Source: Prosthecomicrobium sp.
GTDB lineage: Bacteria; Pseudomonadota; Alphaproteobacteria; Rhizobiales; Ancalomicrobiaceae
Assembly (NCBI GenBank): GCA_048497495.1
Contig: JAFHCF010000159.1
Coordinates: 20,173-84,172 of the forward strand
Direction of reading: 5' to 3'
DNA length: 64,000 nt
Every line of letters starts with the position of its first letter. Positions within the stretch are counted from its first letter, which is position 1. Position numbers and translations under genes: made by a program. The notes beneath the pieces were generated by a model, which did no database searches, was not told the origin of the DNA, and worked only from the letters and a program-made list of their open reading frames with translations. Shown here piece by piece: positions 53,445 to 64,000 of the stretch.

Positions 53445-55154
53445 ATGGCATCACGGGGGACCGCCTCCTCGAGGCTCGCTGAGTGGGGACTGATCGGCCG
53501 GGCTCTCTCGGCGCGCGCCCGCGCGCCCTTCGTCCGCTTCGTCCGCGCCGCCCGCGCCTTCGTCGAGCCCGCCGCCGATCGCCTGCTGATCTCGCCGCAG
53601 GACCTGCGCACCGCCGATCCGACGGTCGCCACCGACATCTACGCCGGGGTCTTCGTCTTCTCCGGCCAGATCGCCGAATGCCGCGGCCGCTCGCCCTTCG
53701 AGCTGGAGCCGCCGAGCCGCGACTGGGCCCGCGTGTTGCACGGGTTCGGCTGGCTGCGCCATCTGCGCTGCGCCGACACGGCGATCGCCCGCTCCAACGC
53801 CCGCATTCTCGTCGACGACTGGCTGCGGATCACCGATCACCCGGAGATCGCCTGGGAGCCGGAGGTGGTGGCGCGCCGCACCATGGCCTGGCTCGCCCAG
53901 TCGCCGATGATCCTGGTGGAGGCCGATCAGGCCTTCTACCACCGCTTCCTCGCCGGATTGACCCGCCATTTCCGCTGGCTGCGCGCCCATTGGGGCGAGG
54001 AGGCGAACGGCCTGCCGCGCCTCAAGGTGGCGATCGCGGTGCTCGCCACGGCCGTCGCCGTCGACGGCTTCCGCCGCCACATCAAGACCGCCTCGCGCCG
54101 CCTCGACGACGAGTTGCGCCGCCAGATCCTGCCCGACGGCGGCCACGTCGGCCGCAATCCGCTGGCCATCCTCGAGGTGCTGATCGATCTCCTGCCGGTT
54201 CGCCAGGCGCTCACGGCGCGCGGCCTCGCGGTGTCGCCGGTGATGATGGGGTCGATCGACCGGATGATGCCGATGCTGCGCTTCTTCCGCCACGCCGACG
54301 GCGCCTTCGTCCTGTTCAACGGCGCCTCGACGACGCCGACCGACCTCGTCGCCACGGTTCTCGCCTATGACGACGGCCAGGGGCGGCCGCACGGCAACGC
54401 CCCGCACTCCGGCTACCAGCGGCTCGAGGCGGACAAGTCCGTCGTGGTGATGGACTGCGGCGTGCCGCCGCCGCCGGAGTTCGCCGACGCCGCCCACGCC
54501 GGCACCCTCGCCTTCGAACTGTCGTCCGGCCACGCCCGCTTCGTCGTCAATTGCGGCGCCCCCTTCCGCCCCGCCCCCGATTGGCGCCGGGTCGCCCGCA
54601 CCACCGCCGCTCATTCGACCCTGGTGGTCGACGATCATTCCTCCGCCACCCTGCGCGAGACCGGCCTGTTGGCCGATCTCCTCGGCCCGCTGCTGATCCG
54701 TGGGCCGCGCCACGTGCCAGTCGAGCGCGACGAGGTCGAGGGCGCCGTCACCGTCACCGCCTCCCACGACGGCTATGCCGCCACCCATGGGGTGATCCAT
54801 CACCGCACCCTGAGGCTCTCCGCCGACGGCGACACGCTCGACGGTCACGACCTGCTCGAGCCGGTCGGGAGCGCCGGCATCGCCGAACCCTTCGTCGTTC
54901 GTTTCCACCTCCACCCCTCGGTCAAGGTCGGCCGCCTCGGCGACGGCGCCGTGGTGTTGATCGGCAATGGTGGCGAGGGCTGGGAATTCCGCTGTAGCGA
55001 CATCGCCCCGGAGATCGAGGAATCGGTCCATCTCGCCGACCTCCACGGGGTGCGCCGCACCTCGCAGATCGTGCTCGTCGTCGAAGGCGACGGCCCCCAC
55101 GACCTCCACTGGCACTTCCAGCGCACCGCCCGCTCCCACGCCAAGCGGCGCTGA
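53445..55154 (+). CDS. Heparinase II/III family protein
   Basis: [29 protein letters not shown]...WLRHLR...[16 protein letters not shown]...[12 protein letters not shown]...[10 protein letters not shown]. The family and its rsmB-purH neighbourhood are typical of Rhizobiales. The start is uncertain. Confidence 0.75.
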   Translation: MASRGTASSRLAEWGLIGRALSARARAPFVRFVRAARAFVEPAADRLLISPQDLRTADPTVATDIYAGVFVFSGQIAECRGRSPFELEPPSRDWARVLHGFGWLRHLRCADTAIARSNARILVDDWLRITDHPEIAWEPEVVARRTMAWLAQSPMILVEADQAFYHRFLAGLTRHFRWLRAHWGEEANGLPRLKVAIAVLATAVAVDGFRRHIKTASRRLDDELRRQILPDGGHVGRNPLAILEVLIDLLPVRQALTARGLAVSPVMMGSIDRMMPMLRFFRHADGAFVLFNGASTTPTDLVATVLAYDDGQGRPHGNAPHSGYQRLEADKSVVVMDCGVPPPPEFADAAHAGTLAFELSSGHARFVVNCGAPFRPAPDWRRVARTTAAHSTLVVDDHSSATLRETGLLADLLGPLLIRGPRHVPVERDEVEGAVTVTASHDGYAATHGVIHHRTLRLSADGDTLDGHDLLEPVGSAGIAEPFVVRFHLHPSVKVGRLGDGAVVLIGNGGEGWEFRCSDIAPEIEESVHLADLHGVRRTSQIVLVVEGDGPHDLHWHFQRTARSHAKRR

Positions 55155-55447
55155 GCGACGCGGAAGGCGGAAACCGGCGGTCTCCGCCGAGCGTCGGGTT
55201 TGCCCGGCGGCGGATTCGTGCTATCGCCCCGCCCGACAATTCCCGGATCCCGAGACCCGACGAGCCGAACGGCCCCCTCTCGAAAGCGAACCCTTCGTTT
55301 GCCTTCGAGAGTCCGTCTCATCGAAATCCCGTCGCCGAACGGGGGATTTCGATGATGGCGTTTCCGACATCCCGCAGGGATGCCTCGGAAAGCGCAAGAG
55401 CCCGTTCCGCGAGCGGAAGATCCATTTTCGAGAGGCCGCGCCCCGAC

Positions 55448-57064
55448 ATGTCGATCACCGTCAAGAACATCGCCCCGCCCGACCTCGTCCCCGTAAAGCG
55501 CGCCCTGCTGTCGGTCTCCGACAAGGCCGGGCTGATCGACTTCGCCCGGGCGCTGGCGGCGCGCGGCGTCGAGTTGCTCTCGACCGGAGGCACCTGCAAG
55601 GCGATCGCCGAGGCCGGCATTGCGGTGAAGGACGTCTCGGAGGTCACCGGTTTCCCCGAGATCATGGACGGTCGGGTCAAGACGCTGCACCCCAAGGTCC
55701 ACGGCGGCTTGCTCGCCGTCCGCGACGATCCCGAGCACGTAGCGGCGATGGAAGCCCACGGCATCGACGGCATCGATCTCCTGGTGGTCAACCTCTATCC
55801 CTTCGAGGCGACGGTGGCGCGAGGCGCCGACTGGGCGACCGGCGTCGAGAACATCGACATCGGCGGCCCGGCGATGATCCGCGCCGCCTCCAAGAACCAC
55901 GCCTATGTCGCGGTGGTGGTCGATCCGGCCCGCTACGGCGACGTGCTCGCCGCCCTCGACACCCACGACGGCGCCACGCCGCTGGCGCTGCGCAAGGCCC
56001 TCGCCCTCGAGGCCTTCGGCCGCACCGCCACCTACGACGCCGCCATCTCCAACTGGATCGCGGCCGAGATCGGCGAGGCCCATCCGAAGTACCGCGCCTT
56101 CGGCGGCACGCTGGCGGAAGTGATGCGCTACGGCGAGAACCCGCATCAGGCGGCGGCCTTCTACAAGACCGGCGATGCCCGGCCCGGCGTCGCCACCGCC
56201 ACCCAGGTCCAGGGCAAGACGCTCTCCTACAACAACATCAACGACACCGACGCCGCCTTCGAGCTGGTCGCCGAATTCGATCCCGCCCGCACCGCGGCCT
56301 GCGCCATCATCAAGCACGCCAACCCCTGCGGCGTGGCGGAGGGCGCCACCCTCGCCGAGGCCTACGCCAAGGCGCTGCGCTGCGATCCGGTCTCCGCCTT
56401 CGGCGGCATCATCGCCTTCAACCGCACGCTGGACGCGGAAGCCGCGACCGAGATCGTGAAGATCTTCACCGAGGTGATCATCGCCCCCGACGCGACGGAA
56501 GAGGCCAAGGCGATCGTCGCCACCAAGAAGAACCTGCGCCTGCTCCTGACCGGCGGCCTGCCGAAGCCCGACGCGGCCGGCCTCACCGCCAAGACGGTCG
56601 CCGGCGGCATGCTGGTGCAGACCCGCGACTCGGGCACCGTCGACGCCGTCGAACTGAAGACCGTCACGGCGCGGGCGCCGTCGGAGCGGGAAGCGGCCGA
56701 CCTCGCCTTCGCCTTCCGCGTCTGCAAGCACGTCAAGTCGAACGCCATCGTCTACGTCAAGGATCTCGCCACCGTCGGCATCGGCGCCGGCCAGATGAGC
56801 CGGGTCGACAGCGCCCGCATCGCCGCCCGCAAGGCCGCCGACGCGGCCGCCGCCGAAGGCCTCGCCGAGCCGCTGACCATCGGCTCGGTGGCGGCCTCCG
56901 ACGCCTTCTTCCCCTTCGCCGACGGGCTCGAGAGCGTCGTCGCGGCGGGCGCCACCGCGGTGATCCAGCCCGGCGGCTCGATGCGCGACCAGGAGGTGAT
57001 CGACGCCGCGAACAAGGCCGGCATCGCCATGGTGACGACGGGGATGCGGCACTTCCGGCATTGA
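55448..57064 (+). CDS. purH: Bifunctional AICAR transformylase / IMP cyclohydrolase PurH
   Basis: [33 protein letters not shown]...[21 protein letters not shown]...[10 protein letters not shown]...[16 protein letters not shown]...[10 protein letters not shown]...QPGGSMRD...[11 protein letters not shown]. Confidence 0.95.
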   Translation: MSITVKNIAPPDLVPVKRALLSVSDKAGLIDFARALAARGVELLSTGGTCKAIAEAGIAVKDVSEVTGFPEIMDGRVKTLHPKVHGGLLAVRDDPEHVAAMEAHGIDGIDLLVVNLYPFEATVARGADWATGVENIDIGGPAMIRAASKNHAYVAVVVDPARYGDVLAALDTHDGATPLALRKALALEAFGRTATYDAAISNWIAAEIGEAHPKYRAFGGTLAEVMRYGENPHQAAAFYKTGDARPGVATATQVQGKTLSYNNINDTDAAFELVAEFDPARTAACAIIKHANPCGVAEGATLAEAYAKALRCDPVSAFGGIIAFNRTLDAEAATEIVKIFTEVIIAPDATEEAKAIVATKKNLRLLLTGGLPKPDAAGLTAKTVAGGMLVQTRDSGTVDAVELKTVTARAPSEREAADLAFAFRVCKHVKSNAIVYVKDLATVGIGAGQMSRVDSARIAARKAADAAAAEGLAEPLTIGSVAASDAFFPFADGLESVVAAGATAVIQPGGSMRDQEVIDAANKAGIAMVTTGMRHFRH

Positions 57065-57083
57065 GGAACGGTCGGCGTCGTGG

Positions 57084-57111
57084 GGCGGAATAGGCGAAGC
57101 CGTATTCCGCC
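57084..57111. terminator. Hairpin between convergent purH and the MFS gene (possible bidirectional terminator)
   Basis: GGCGGAATA-N10-TATTCCGCC. A similar hairpin, GGCGCAATA-N10-TATTGCGCC, is at 57157-57184. Confidence 0.4.
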
Positions 57112-57174
57112 GGCGGCGCCCGTGATCGGCGCAGGTCGTTCCATGCTGGCTCGGCCGGCGCAATACGCCTTCGG

Positions 57175-58554
57175 CTATTGCGCCCTACGTGGCTTCACCC
57201 CGGCCATCAGCACGAAGCCGGTCACCAGGAACACCGCCAGCACGCCGGCCCCGGCGCGTTGGCTGTCGCTCCAATCGGTGACCAGCGCCACCGCGAGCGG
57301 CCCCATGAAGCTCGTCACCTTGCCGGAGAGCGCGAAGAAGCCGAAATAGCGGCCGACGGCGTCGGCCGGCGCCATGCGGGCGAGCTGGGTGCGCGAGGCC
57401 GCCTGCAGGGGCCCGGCGGCGAGCCCGATCAGGCCGCCGGCGGCGAGATAGAGCTTGGCCGCCACCCCGGCGTAGAGCCCGGCGCCGCCCGGCGCCACCT
57501 CGACCGCGAAGAAGACGTGGGTGCGGTCGATCGACACCACCAGCGCCAACATGGCGATCAGTATGGTGAGTGCCGTGAGCACCACCGTCTTGGAGCCGAA
57601 GCGATCGTCGAGCCGCCCGCCGAGATAGGCGCCGATCGAGCCGGTGATGGTCAGGAGGATGCCGAAGAGCCCGAGCTCGATCGTCGTCCAGCCGAAGACG
57701 CCGGCGGCATAGATGCCGCCGAAGGCGAAGAGCGCCACCAGCCCATCGGTATAGACCATGTTGGCGAGGAGGAATCGGCCGAGCCCCGGCATCGCCCTGA
57801 GCTCGCGCACCGTGTCGGCGAGGCGGGCGAGCCCGGCGCCGATGGTCTCCGCCGCCCGTCCGCCGTGGCGGCTGTCGGGGGTGAAGAAGAACATCGGCAG
57901 GGCGAAGACCACGAACCACAGCGCCGACAGCGGTCCGGTGGCGCGCGCCCCGCCGCTCGTCACCGGATCGAGCCCGAAGAGCGGCGAAAGTCCGAGTAGG
58001 GTCTTGCCCGTCGCCGGATCGGCGGCGAGGAAGCCGAGCACGAGGATCAGGCTGACCAACCCGCCGACGTAGCCGACCGCCCATCCGGTCCCCGACAGCC
58101 GCCCGAGTTCCGACGACGGCACCAGACGCGACATCATCGCGTTGTTGAAGACGGTGGCGAACTCCGCCCCGATGGTGCCGATGACGAAACCGGAGAGCGC
58201 CAGGACCACCGCCGCCGGATGGCCGGGGGCGGCGAGCCACAGCACCGACGACCCCAGCATCATCAAGACGCCGAAGGCCGCGACCCACGGCTTGTGGCGG
58301 CCGAGCGCGTCGGCGATCGAACCGAGGACCGGCGACAAAACGGCGATGACCAGGCCCGCGAAGGCGGTGGCATAGCCCCACTGCGCCTGACCCGTCGCCG
58401 GATCGCGGGCGAGGTGGGCGGCGAAATAGGGCGCGAAGACGAAGGTCGTGACCAGGGTGAAATAGGGCTGCATCGCCCAATCGAACATGACCCAGCCGAC
58501 CAGCCCGGCGCGGGAGGTACGAGGCGGCGTCGGCGCGGCGTCGGTCGGGGTCAT
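57175..58554 (-). CDS. MFS transporter (UMF1 / Atg22-like family)
   Basis: 459 aa, ~12 TM helices. N-terminus GLVGWVMFDWAMQPYFTLVTTFVFAPYF is typical of the UMF1 family. Confidence 0.8.
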   Translation of the reverse strand: MTPTDAAPTPPRTSRAGLVGWVMFDWAMQPYFTLVTTFVFAPYFAAHLARDPATGQAQWGYATAFAGLVIAVLSPVLGSIADALGRHKPWVAAFGVLMMLGSSVLWLAAPGHPAAVVLALSGFVIGTIGAEFATVFNNAMMSRLVPSSELGRLSGTGWAVGYVGGLVSLILVLGFLAADPATGKTLLGLSPLFGLDPVTSGGARATGPLSALWFVVFALPMFFFTPDSRHGGRAAETIGAGLARLADTVRELRAMPGLGRFLLANMVYTDGLVALFAFGGIYAAGVFGWTTIELGLFGILLTITGSIGAYLGGRLDDRFGSKTVVLTALTILIAMLALVVSIDRTHVFFAVEVAPGGAGLYAGVAAKLYLAAGGLIGLAAGPLQAASRTQLARMAPADAVGRYFGFFALSGKVTSFMGPLAVALVTDWSDSQRAGAGVLAVFLVTGFVLMAGVKPRRAQ

Positions 58555-58767
58555 GCATCGGTCCTCTCGGCGCGGCCCCGGGCGGGCGGCCGCGCCGAGT
58601 CATATACCCGATTGCGGCGGCAATGGAGGAGGCGCCGCGAACAGATCGCGCCGGCGCCCCGCGCCGGAACCGCTCCTGCCCCGGCCGCTCGCGAGGCTCG
58701 CGGCGTTCGTCGCTCGAAATCGTCCACCGAACGATTTCGTTCCGGCGCCGGGCGCCGGAACCGCTCC

Positions 58768-61700
58768 TCACCCCTTCTCGGCGAGGTCGGCGAGGAGGGA
58801 GGCGGCGACGGTGAAGCGCGACACGCTCGGCGTCCCGCCGTCTCCCAGGGTCTCCTCGACCACCGCCAACGCCCGGCTGATCTCCGGCCCGAAGCGGGCC
58901 TCCCAGGCCTCCACGCCGCCCGCGTCGAGCGCCTCGGCGACGATGGCGCGGTGGGCGTCGTCGAGGACGCGCGCCGCCCGGTCGAGCGCCAGCCCGTCGA
59001 AATAGTCGGCGACCCGCATCGAACGCACCATCGTCTCCAGCCGATCGATCGACAGCCGGTCGGCGACGGCGAAATGGGTGATCGCCACCTCCGCCGCGTC
59101 CTTGGCCGTCCGCTCGCCGATCAACGCGATGTCGGGGATCTCGGCGATGTCGTCGAGATGAGCGATACGGTCGGCGATCTCCGCCGGCACCCCCGCCGCC
59201 GTCAGGCGTTCACGCTCGGCCTCCACCGCGGCGAGCGTCGCCGCCGGCAGCAGGGCCTCGAGCTCCGGCTCGAGCGCCCTCACCACCGAGCCGAAACGCT
59301 CGATCACCGTGTCGAGCCCGTCGCGGAAGGAGACGTTGCGCAGGAACCACACGGTGCCGGTCGTCGCCAGATCGCGCACCCGTCCGTAGAGCTCGAGTTG
59401 CAGGTCGCCCGCGACGCGGCCGTCGAGCCGATCGAGCGCCGCCTCGAGATCGCCGAGCGCGAACACCGCCCGCGTCGCCGCGAAGGCGCGCGCGATCGCC
59501 GGCACCCCAGCGCCGGCCCGGTCGGCGACGCGGGTGAGGAAGGTCGGTCCGCCGCGATCGACGATGGCGTTGGCGAGCCGCGTCGCCACGATCTCGCGCT
59601 TCAGCCGATGCCCGTCGATGCCGTCGGCGTACTCCGCCCTCAGCCGTTCGGGGAAATAGGCGTGGAGTTCCGAGCCGAAATGCGGATCGTCGGGCACGTC
59701 GGAGGCCGCCAGATCGACCTTCGCCGACATCTTGGCATAGGCGAGCAACACCCCGATCTCCGCCCGTGTCAGCCCCCGCCCGGCCTTCTCGCGGGCCGCG
59801 AAACCGGCGTCGTCGGGCAGCGTCTCGACCTTGCGGTCGAGCCGTCCGGCGCGCTCGAGACCCGCCACCATCCGCCGCTGGAACGGCAGATCGGCGACCC
59901 CGAGACGTTCACTGAGCGAGATCGCCAGCGTCTGCGAATGGTTGTTGGCGAGCACCAGCGCCGCCACCTCGTCGGTCATCGCCGCGAGCAGCGCGTCGCG
60001 CGCCGGCCGGGCGAGACGACCGGCGACCACCGCCGGCGTCAGGGCGATCTTGATGTTGACCTCGACGTCGGAGCAGTTGACGCCGGCCGAGTTGTCGATG
60101 GCGTCGGAGTTGCAGCGCCCGCCCGCCGCGCCGTACTCGATGCGCGCCCGCTGCGTCACGCCGAGATTGGCGCCCTCGCCGACGACCTTCGCGCCGACCT
60201 CCATGCCCGTGATGCGGATCGCGTCGTTGGCCTTGTCGCCGACCTCCGCGTCGCTCTCGCCCGCCGCCCGCACATAGGTGCCGATGCCGCCGAACCACAG
60301 GAGATCGACCCGCGCCTTGAGGATCGCCCGCATCACCTCCGCCGGAGTGGCGTGGTCGCCGGCGATCCCCAGCAGCGTGCGCACCGGCTCGGAGAGCGGC
60401 ACGGTCTTGGCGGCGCGCGAGAAGATGCCGCCGCCTTCGGAAATCCTCGTGCGGTCGTAGTCGGCCCAGCTCGAGCGCGGCAGGGCGAAGAGGCGAGCCC
60501 GTTCCTCGAAGCTCGACGCCGGATCGGGATCGGGGTCGAGGAAGATGTCGCGGTGATCGAAGGCGGCGACGAGGCGTGTCGCCCTCGACAAGAGCATGCC
60601 GTTGCCGAAGACGTCGCCGGACATGTCGCCGACGCCGGCGACGGTGAAGGGCTCGGTGAGGATGTCGCGGTTCATTTCGCGGAAGTGCCGCTTGACCGCC
60701 TCGAAGGCGCCGCGCGCCGTGATCCCCATCTTCTTGTGGTCGTAGCCGGCCGAGCCGCCCGAGGCGAAGGCGTCGTCGAGCCAGAAGCCGTGGTCGCTCG
60801 CGATGGCGTTGGCGGTGTCGGAGAAGGTGGCGGTGCCCTTGTCGGCGGCGACCACCAGATAGGGGTCGTCGCCGTCGTGGCGCACCACCTGCGGCGGCGG
60901 CACCACGGCCCCGCCGCGCAGGTCGTCGGTGAGGTCGAAGAGACGGCCGACGAAGGTGCGATAGGCGGCGGTGCCCTCGGCCATGAAGGCGTCGCGGCTC
61001 ATGCCCGGAACGAGGCGCTTGGGCAGGAAGCCGCCCTTGGCGCCGGCCGGCACGATGACCGCGTTCTTCACCTGCTGCGCCTTGACCAGACCGAGCACCT
61101 CGGTGCGGAAGTCCTGGGCGCGGTCCGACCAGCGGAGCCCGCCGCGCGCCACCGGCCCGAAGCGCAGATGCACGCCCTCGACCGTCGGCCCGCAGACCCA
61201 GATCTCGCGATGCGGCACGGGGTTCGGAAGGCCGGTCAGTCCGGCCGGGATCAGCTTGAAGGCGATCGTGTCGCGCGAGGATCCGTCGGCCTCCGGCCGC
61301 CAGTAGTCGGTGCGCACCATCGCCCGGATGACTTCCATGTAGCGGCGCACGATGGTGTCGTCGTCGAGAGAGGCGACCTCGGCCAGCGCCGCGACGATGC
61401 GTTCGGCGATTTCCGTCTCCGCCACCTCGCGATCGCCGACGCCGAGAGGATCGAAGCGCGCCGAAAACAGCCGGACGAGATCGACCGCGATCGACGGGTG
61501 GCGGCGCAGCGCCCCCCACAGATAGTCCTGCGAATAGGCCAGCCGGATCTGCCTGAGATAGTGGCCGATCGCCCTGAGGAGCGCCACTTCGCGGCGGTCG
61601 AGCCCGGTGCCGAGCACCAGCGCGTTGTAGCCGTCGTTCTCCGCCCGCCCCGACCAGGTCGCCACCAGCACGTCCTCGAGCCGGCCGTCGAGCGCCTCGG

Positions 61701-63594
61701 TCAGTTCGATCGCGGCCCGCTCGCCGTGAACCAGCGTCATGTCGTGGAGGAACACCGGCTCGCCGCCCTTCGGCGTCACCCGATAGGTGCTCTCGTCGAT
61801 CACCGACAGGCCCAGGTTCTCGAGCAGCGGCACCCGCTCCGACAACGAGATCGGCGTGCCGACGTGGAACAGCTTCAGCGCCAGCCGTTCCGGCGCTTCC
61901 CCCGACCGGCGGTAGAAGTCGACGACCAGCGGCCGCTCCGGTCCGAGGCGCGCCATCGAGACGGCATCGCGAACCGCCGTCCGCGGCTCCATCGCGTCCC
62001 GATAGGCGGCCGAGAAGGCATCGACCCAGCGATCCACCACGGCCCGTGCCTGGGCGGCGTCACGGCTCCGGCTCGCCGCCTCGACGAAGTCGTCGCGCCA
62101 GGTCCGCACCAGGGCGGCGACCTCGGTCTCCAACTCGGTCTGCGCGATGACCGGGGTCACCCCGTGATAGCGCCCGACGATGTAGTGGATGCGGGTGAGC
62201 ACCCCTTCCGGGAAGGACGGCATCCACGACACCACGGTGCCGTCGAAGCGGCTCTCCAGCATCTCGCCGATCCGGGCGCGCAGGTCGGTGGTGTAGCGGT
62301 CGCGCGGCACGTAGACGAGCACCGAGACGAAGCGGTCGAAGGGGTCGCGCCGCGCCAGCACGCGGATGCGCGGATGCTCGCCGAGCGCCATGATGGCGAG
62401 CGCGAAGTCGTGCAGCGTCTCGGCGTCGATCTGGAACAGTTCGTCGCGCGGGAAGTTCTCGAGCACGTTGATCAGCGCCTTGCCGGAATGGCTGTCGCGG
62501 CGGAAGCCGGTGCGCTCGACCACGGCGTCGAGGCGCTTGCGCACCACCGGGATGTTGCGCGCCGAGCGCGTGTAGGCGGTGGCGGTGAACAGGCCGAGGA
62601 TGCGGATCTCGCCGGTCATCGTGCCGTCGGGGCCCCACAGCTTCACCCCGATGTAGTCCATGTGGGTGCGGCGATGGATGCGGGAGCGGACGTTCGACTT
62701 GGTCAGCATCAGGGCATCGGGCGACCGGGCGAAGGCGCCGATGGCGGTCGCCGCGTTGAGGCTCTCCGCCCCGCGCTTCAACACCCTGACCTCCGGATCG
62801 CGCAAGATGCCGAGGCCGGTGTCGCCGAGCGGCTCGACGAAGGCTCCGCCCTCCGTCTCCTCGAAGCGGTATTCGCGCAGCCCCAAGAAGGTGAAGTTGT
62901 CCTGGCCCAGCCAGGTCAGGAACTCGACCGTCTCGTCGCGCACCGGCAGCGACAACGGCGTCGGACCGCGCATGTAGGCGGCGATCAGCCGATCGACCCG
63001 GTTCAGCATCAGCCGCCAGTCCTCGACCGCGGCGCGCACGTCGGTGAGCGTCGCGTCGAGCGCCGCCGTCAGATCGGCGCGCTGCTGCGCGTCGGTGATC
63101 CGACCGACATGGATGCGGATGAAGCTCTCGCGCCGGACACCGGCGATCTCGCGGTCGCGAAGCCCCAGGAGCCGGCCCTCGCCGTCGCGTTCGGCGAACA
63201 GGATCGGATGCAGCGCCAGGCGGATCTCGAACCCCATCTCGGTCAACTGGCCGAGCACCGAGACGAACAGGAACGGCATGTCGTCGTTGTCGACCTCGAC
63301 GACCGTCACCTCGGCCGGCGTCCGCGCGCCGGCGCCGAAGGCCTGATCGAAGACCCTGAGGCGGTGACGGCCGGCCGGCCGAACCGTCAGATGCGCGAAG
63401 GCGTCGTCGGCGATCGCCGCCAGATCCGCCGCGCCGAAGGGCGCCAGATCCTCGGCGAGCGCGCGGCCGAAGAGCCGCTCGGCGAAATCGGCGCGGAGCG
63501 CTCCGTCGGCCCGAGATCTCAGAATGGCCGCCATTCCGGCGCCCCCCGCCGCCCCGGCTTCATCGATCTGCGAATTGGTGTCGTCGGCGCGCAT
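58768..63594 (-). CDS. gdhZ: Large NAD-specific glutamate dehydrogenase (~1600 aa class)
   Basis: Collinear with the 180-kDa NAD-GDH family (..RIHVGRI..., GGLRWSDR.EDFRTEVLGLVKAQQVKNAVIVPAGAKGGF, DPYLVVAADKGTATFSD, GITARGA, GDMSGDVFGNGMLLS). Start set at MRADD (63594). The 1826-aa + ORF is its antisense. Confidence 0.9.
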   Translation of the reverse strand: MRADDTNSQIDEAGAAGGAGMAAILRSRADGALRADFAERLFGRALAEDLAPFGAADLAAIADDAFAHLTVRPAGRHRLRVFDQAFGAGARTPAEVTVVEVDNDDMPFLFVSVLGQLTEMGFEIRLALHPILFAERDGEGRLLGLRDREIAGVRRESFIRIHVGRITDAQQRADLTAALDATLTDVRAAVEDWRLMLNRVDRLIAAYMRGPTPLSLPVRDETVEFLTWLGQDNFTFLGLREYRFEETEGGAFVEPLGDTGLGILRDPEVRVLKRGAESLNAATAIGAFARSPDALMLTKSNVRSRIHRRTHMDYIGVKLWGPDGTMTGEIRILGLFTATAYTRSARNIPVVRKRLDAVVERTGFRRDSHSGKALINVLENFPRDELFQIDAETLHDFALAIMALGEHPRIRVLARRDPFDRFVSVLVYVPRDRYTTDLRARIGEMLESRFDGTVVSWMPSFPEGVLTRIHYIVGRYHGVTPVIAQTELETEVAALVRTWRDDFVEAASRSRDAAQARAVVDRWVDAFSAAYRDAMEPRTAVRDAVSMARLGPERPLVVDFYRRSGEAPERLALKLFHVGTPISLSERVPLLENLGLSVIDESTYRVTPKGGEPVFLHDMTLVHGERAAIELTEALDGRLEDVLVATWSGRAENDGYNALVLGTGLDRREVALLRAIGHYLRQIRLAYSQDYLWGALRRHPSIAVDLVRLFSARFDPLGVGDREVAETEIAERIVAALAEVASLDDDTIVRRYMEVIRAMVRTDYWRPEADGSSRDTIAFKLIPAGLTGLPNPVPHREIWVCGPTVEGVHLRFGPVARGGLRWSDRAQDFRTEVLGLVKAQQVKNAVIVPAGAKGGFLPKRLVPGMSRDAFMAEGTAAYRTFVGRLFDLTDDLRGGAVVPPPQVVRHDGDDPYLVVAADKGTATFSDTANAIASDHGFWLDDAFASGGSAGYDHKKMGITARGAFEAVKRHFREMNRDILTEPFTVAGVGDMSGDVFGNGMLLSRATRLVAAFDHRDIFLDPDPDPASSFEERARLFALPRSSWADYDRTRISEGGGIFSRAAKTVPLSEPVRTLLGIAGDHATPAEVMRAILKARVDLLWFGGIGTYVRAAGESDAEVGDKANDAIRITGMEVGAKVVGEGANLGVTQRARIEYGAAGGRCNSDAIDNSAGVNCSDVEVNIKIALTPAVVAGRLARPARDALLAAMTDEVAALVLANNHSQTLAISLSERLGVADLPFQRRMVAGLERAGRLDRKVETLPDDAGFAAREKAGRGLTRAEIGVLLAYAKMSAKVDLAASDVPDDPHFGSELHAYFPERLRAEYADGIDGHRLKREIVATRLANAIVDRGGPTFLTRVADRAGAGVPAIARAFAATRAVFALGDLEAALDRLDGRVAGDLQLELYGRVRDLATTGTVWFLRNVSFRDGLDTVIERFGSVVRALEPELEALLPAATLAAVEAERERLTAAGVPAEIADRIAHLDDIAEIPDIALIGERTAKDAAEVAITHFAVADRLSIDRLETMVRSMRVADYFDGLALDRAARVLDDAHRAIVAEALDAGGVEAWEARFGPEISRALAVVEETLGDGGTPSVSRFTVAASLLADLAEKG

Positions 63595-63845
63595 CGCGGT
63601 CTCCCGTGCGAGCGGATCGTTCTCGAGAATCCGTCTCGGAAGGCACGATGGCCCCGCCTCGCCGTGAAGGCAATGCACAACCGTTGGGCAGAAATGTGAG
63701 ACGACGACGACGCGCCGACCGTCGCTCTATGTGTTTCCACATATGAAGCCGATTGAGCCGGAATTTACCTCATGTTAACATTTCGAAACAGAAGGCGGGC
63801 CGCCGCGATCGCAACTTCCGCACTCTGCAAACGGGAGATTTCGCC

Positions 63846-64000
63846 ATGAGCAAGACCTTCGCCGCCGTTGCCGTGCTGCTCCTCGCCTCCGCCGCCCCCG
63901 CGCTCGCCCAGACCGTCGAATGGCGCGGCGCCGTGGTCCTGACTGCGGTCGCCGGTTGCGGCAACGTCTATCAGGTCACCAACGCGTTCCCCATCCGCTA
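63846..64000 (+). CDS. Secreted hypothetical protein, 5' part only (runs off the right edge)
   Basis: ATG at 63846, signal-peptide-like MSKTFAAVAVLLLASAAPALAQ. Not in the ORF track because there is no stop in the window. Confidence 0.4.
   Translation, partial: MSKTFAAVAVLLLASAAPALAQTVEWRGAVVLTAVAGCGNVYQVTNAFPIR

Noticed and set aside
53451-55139. 562-aa minus-strand ORF
   Set aside because: It is antisense to the heparinase II/III-like gene, which has recognisable family motifs.
58219-63699. 1826-aa + strand ORF (the longest ORF in the window)
   Set aside because: It is exactly antisense to the large NAD-glutamate dehydrogenase, whose minus-strand translation carries the family motifs. The + frame is R/G/D/H/A-rich low complexity, a known shadow-ORF artefact of this gene.

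Overview
High-GC (about 70% by hand count) alphaproteobacterial chromosome, probably Hyphomicrobiales/Rhizobiales-like judging by gene content. Left to right, the core genes are: the 5' end of fliI; ctrA; a cheA(REC-hybrid)-cheW-cheY-cheB-cheR operon; chpT; a coiled-coil membrane protein; a DUF1134/EipA-like protein; a YHS-like protein; dppABCDF; a lipoprotein; an aldo-keto reductase; a RibD-C-like reductase; cytochrome b561; a four-gene PTPS-like/dehydrogenase/glycosyltransferase/methyltransferase operon; opgH; and a TRAP transporter with a GntR regulator. After the island come tRNA-Ala(CGC), yggT, a DUF167 gene, folD, a Fic toxin with a small antitoxin, a DUF1674 gene, rsmB, a heparinase II/III-like gene, purH, an MFS transporter, the large NAD-glutamate dehydrogenase and the 5' end of a secreted protein. 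Positions 29802-48282 are an ~18.5 kb genomic island integrated at the 3' end of tRNA-Ala. It is bounded by an 18-bp direct repeat and has a P4-type integrase plus 23-bp arm-type repeats at both ends. The island is a mosaic defence/addiction island. It carries a HigB/HigA-like pair, two decayed copies of a killer/antidote addiction module, an Xre(DUF2384)-RES pair, an MmeI-like Type IIL R-M candidate, a GGDEF-EAL sensor with a binding protein, an AlpA-DUF3631 replication-like module and the 3' stump of a second integrase. The most interesting locus is a clearly AT-richer three-gene operon at 37129-39988 (minus strand). It encodes a PD-(D/E)xK-motif protein (sce7726-like), an sce7725-like protein and a zinc-ribbon RES-domain protein. 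I propose it as a candidate undescribed NAD+-targeting defence system. No CRISPR array, rRNA, transposase or IS element was seen. All calls come from reading the translations and the DNA; no database search was run.
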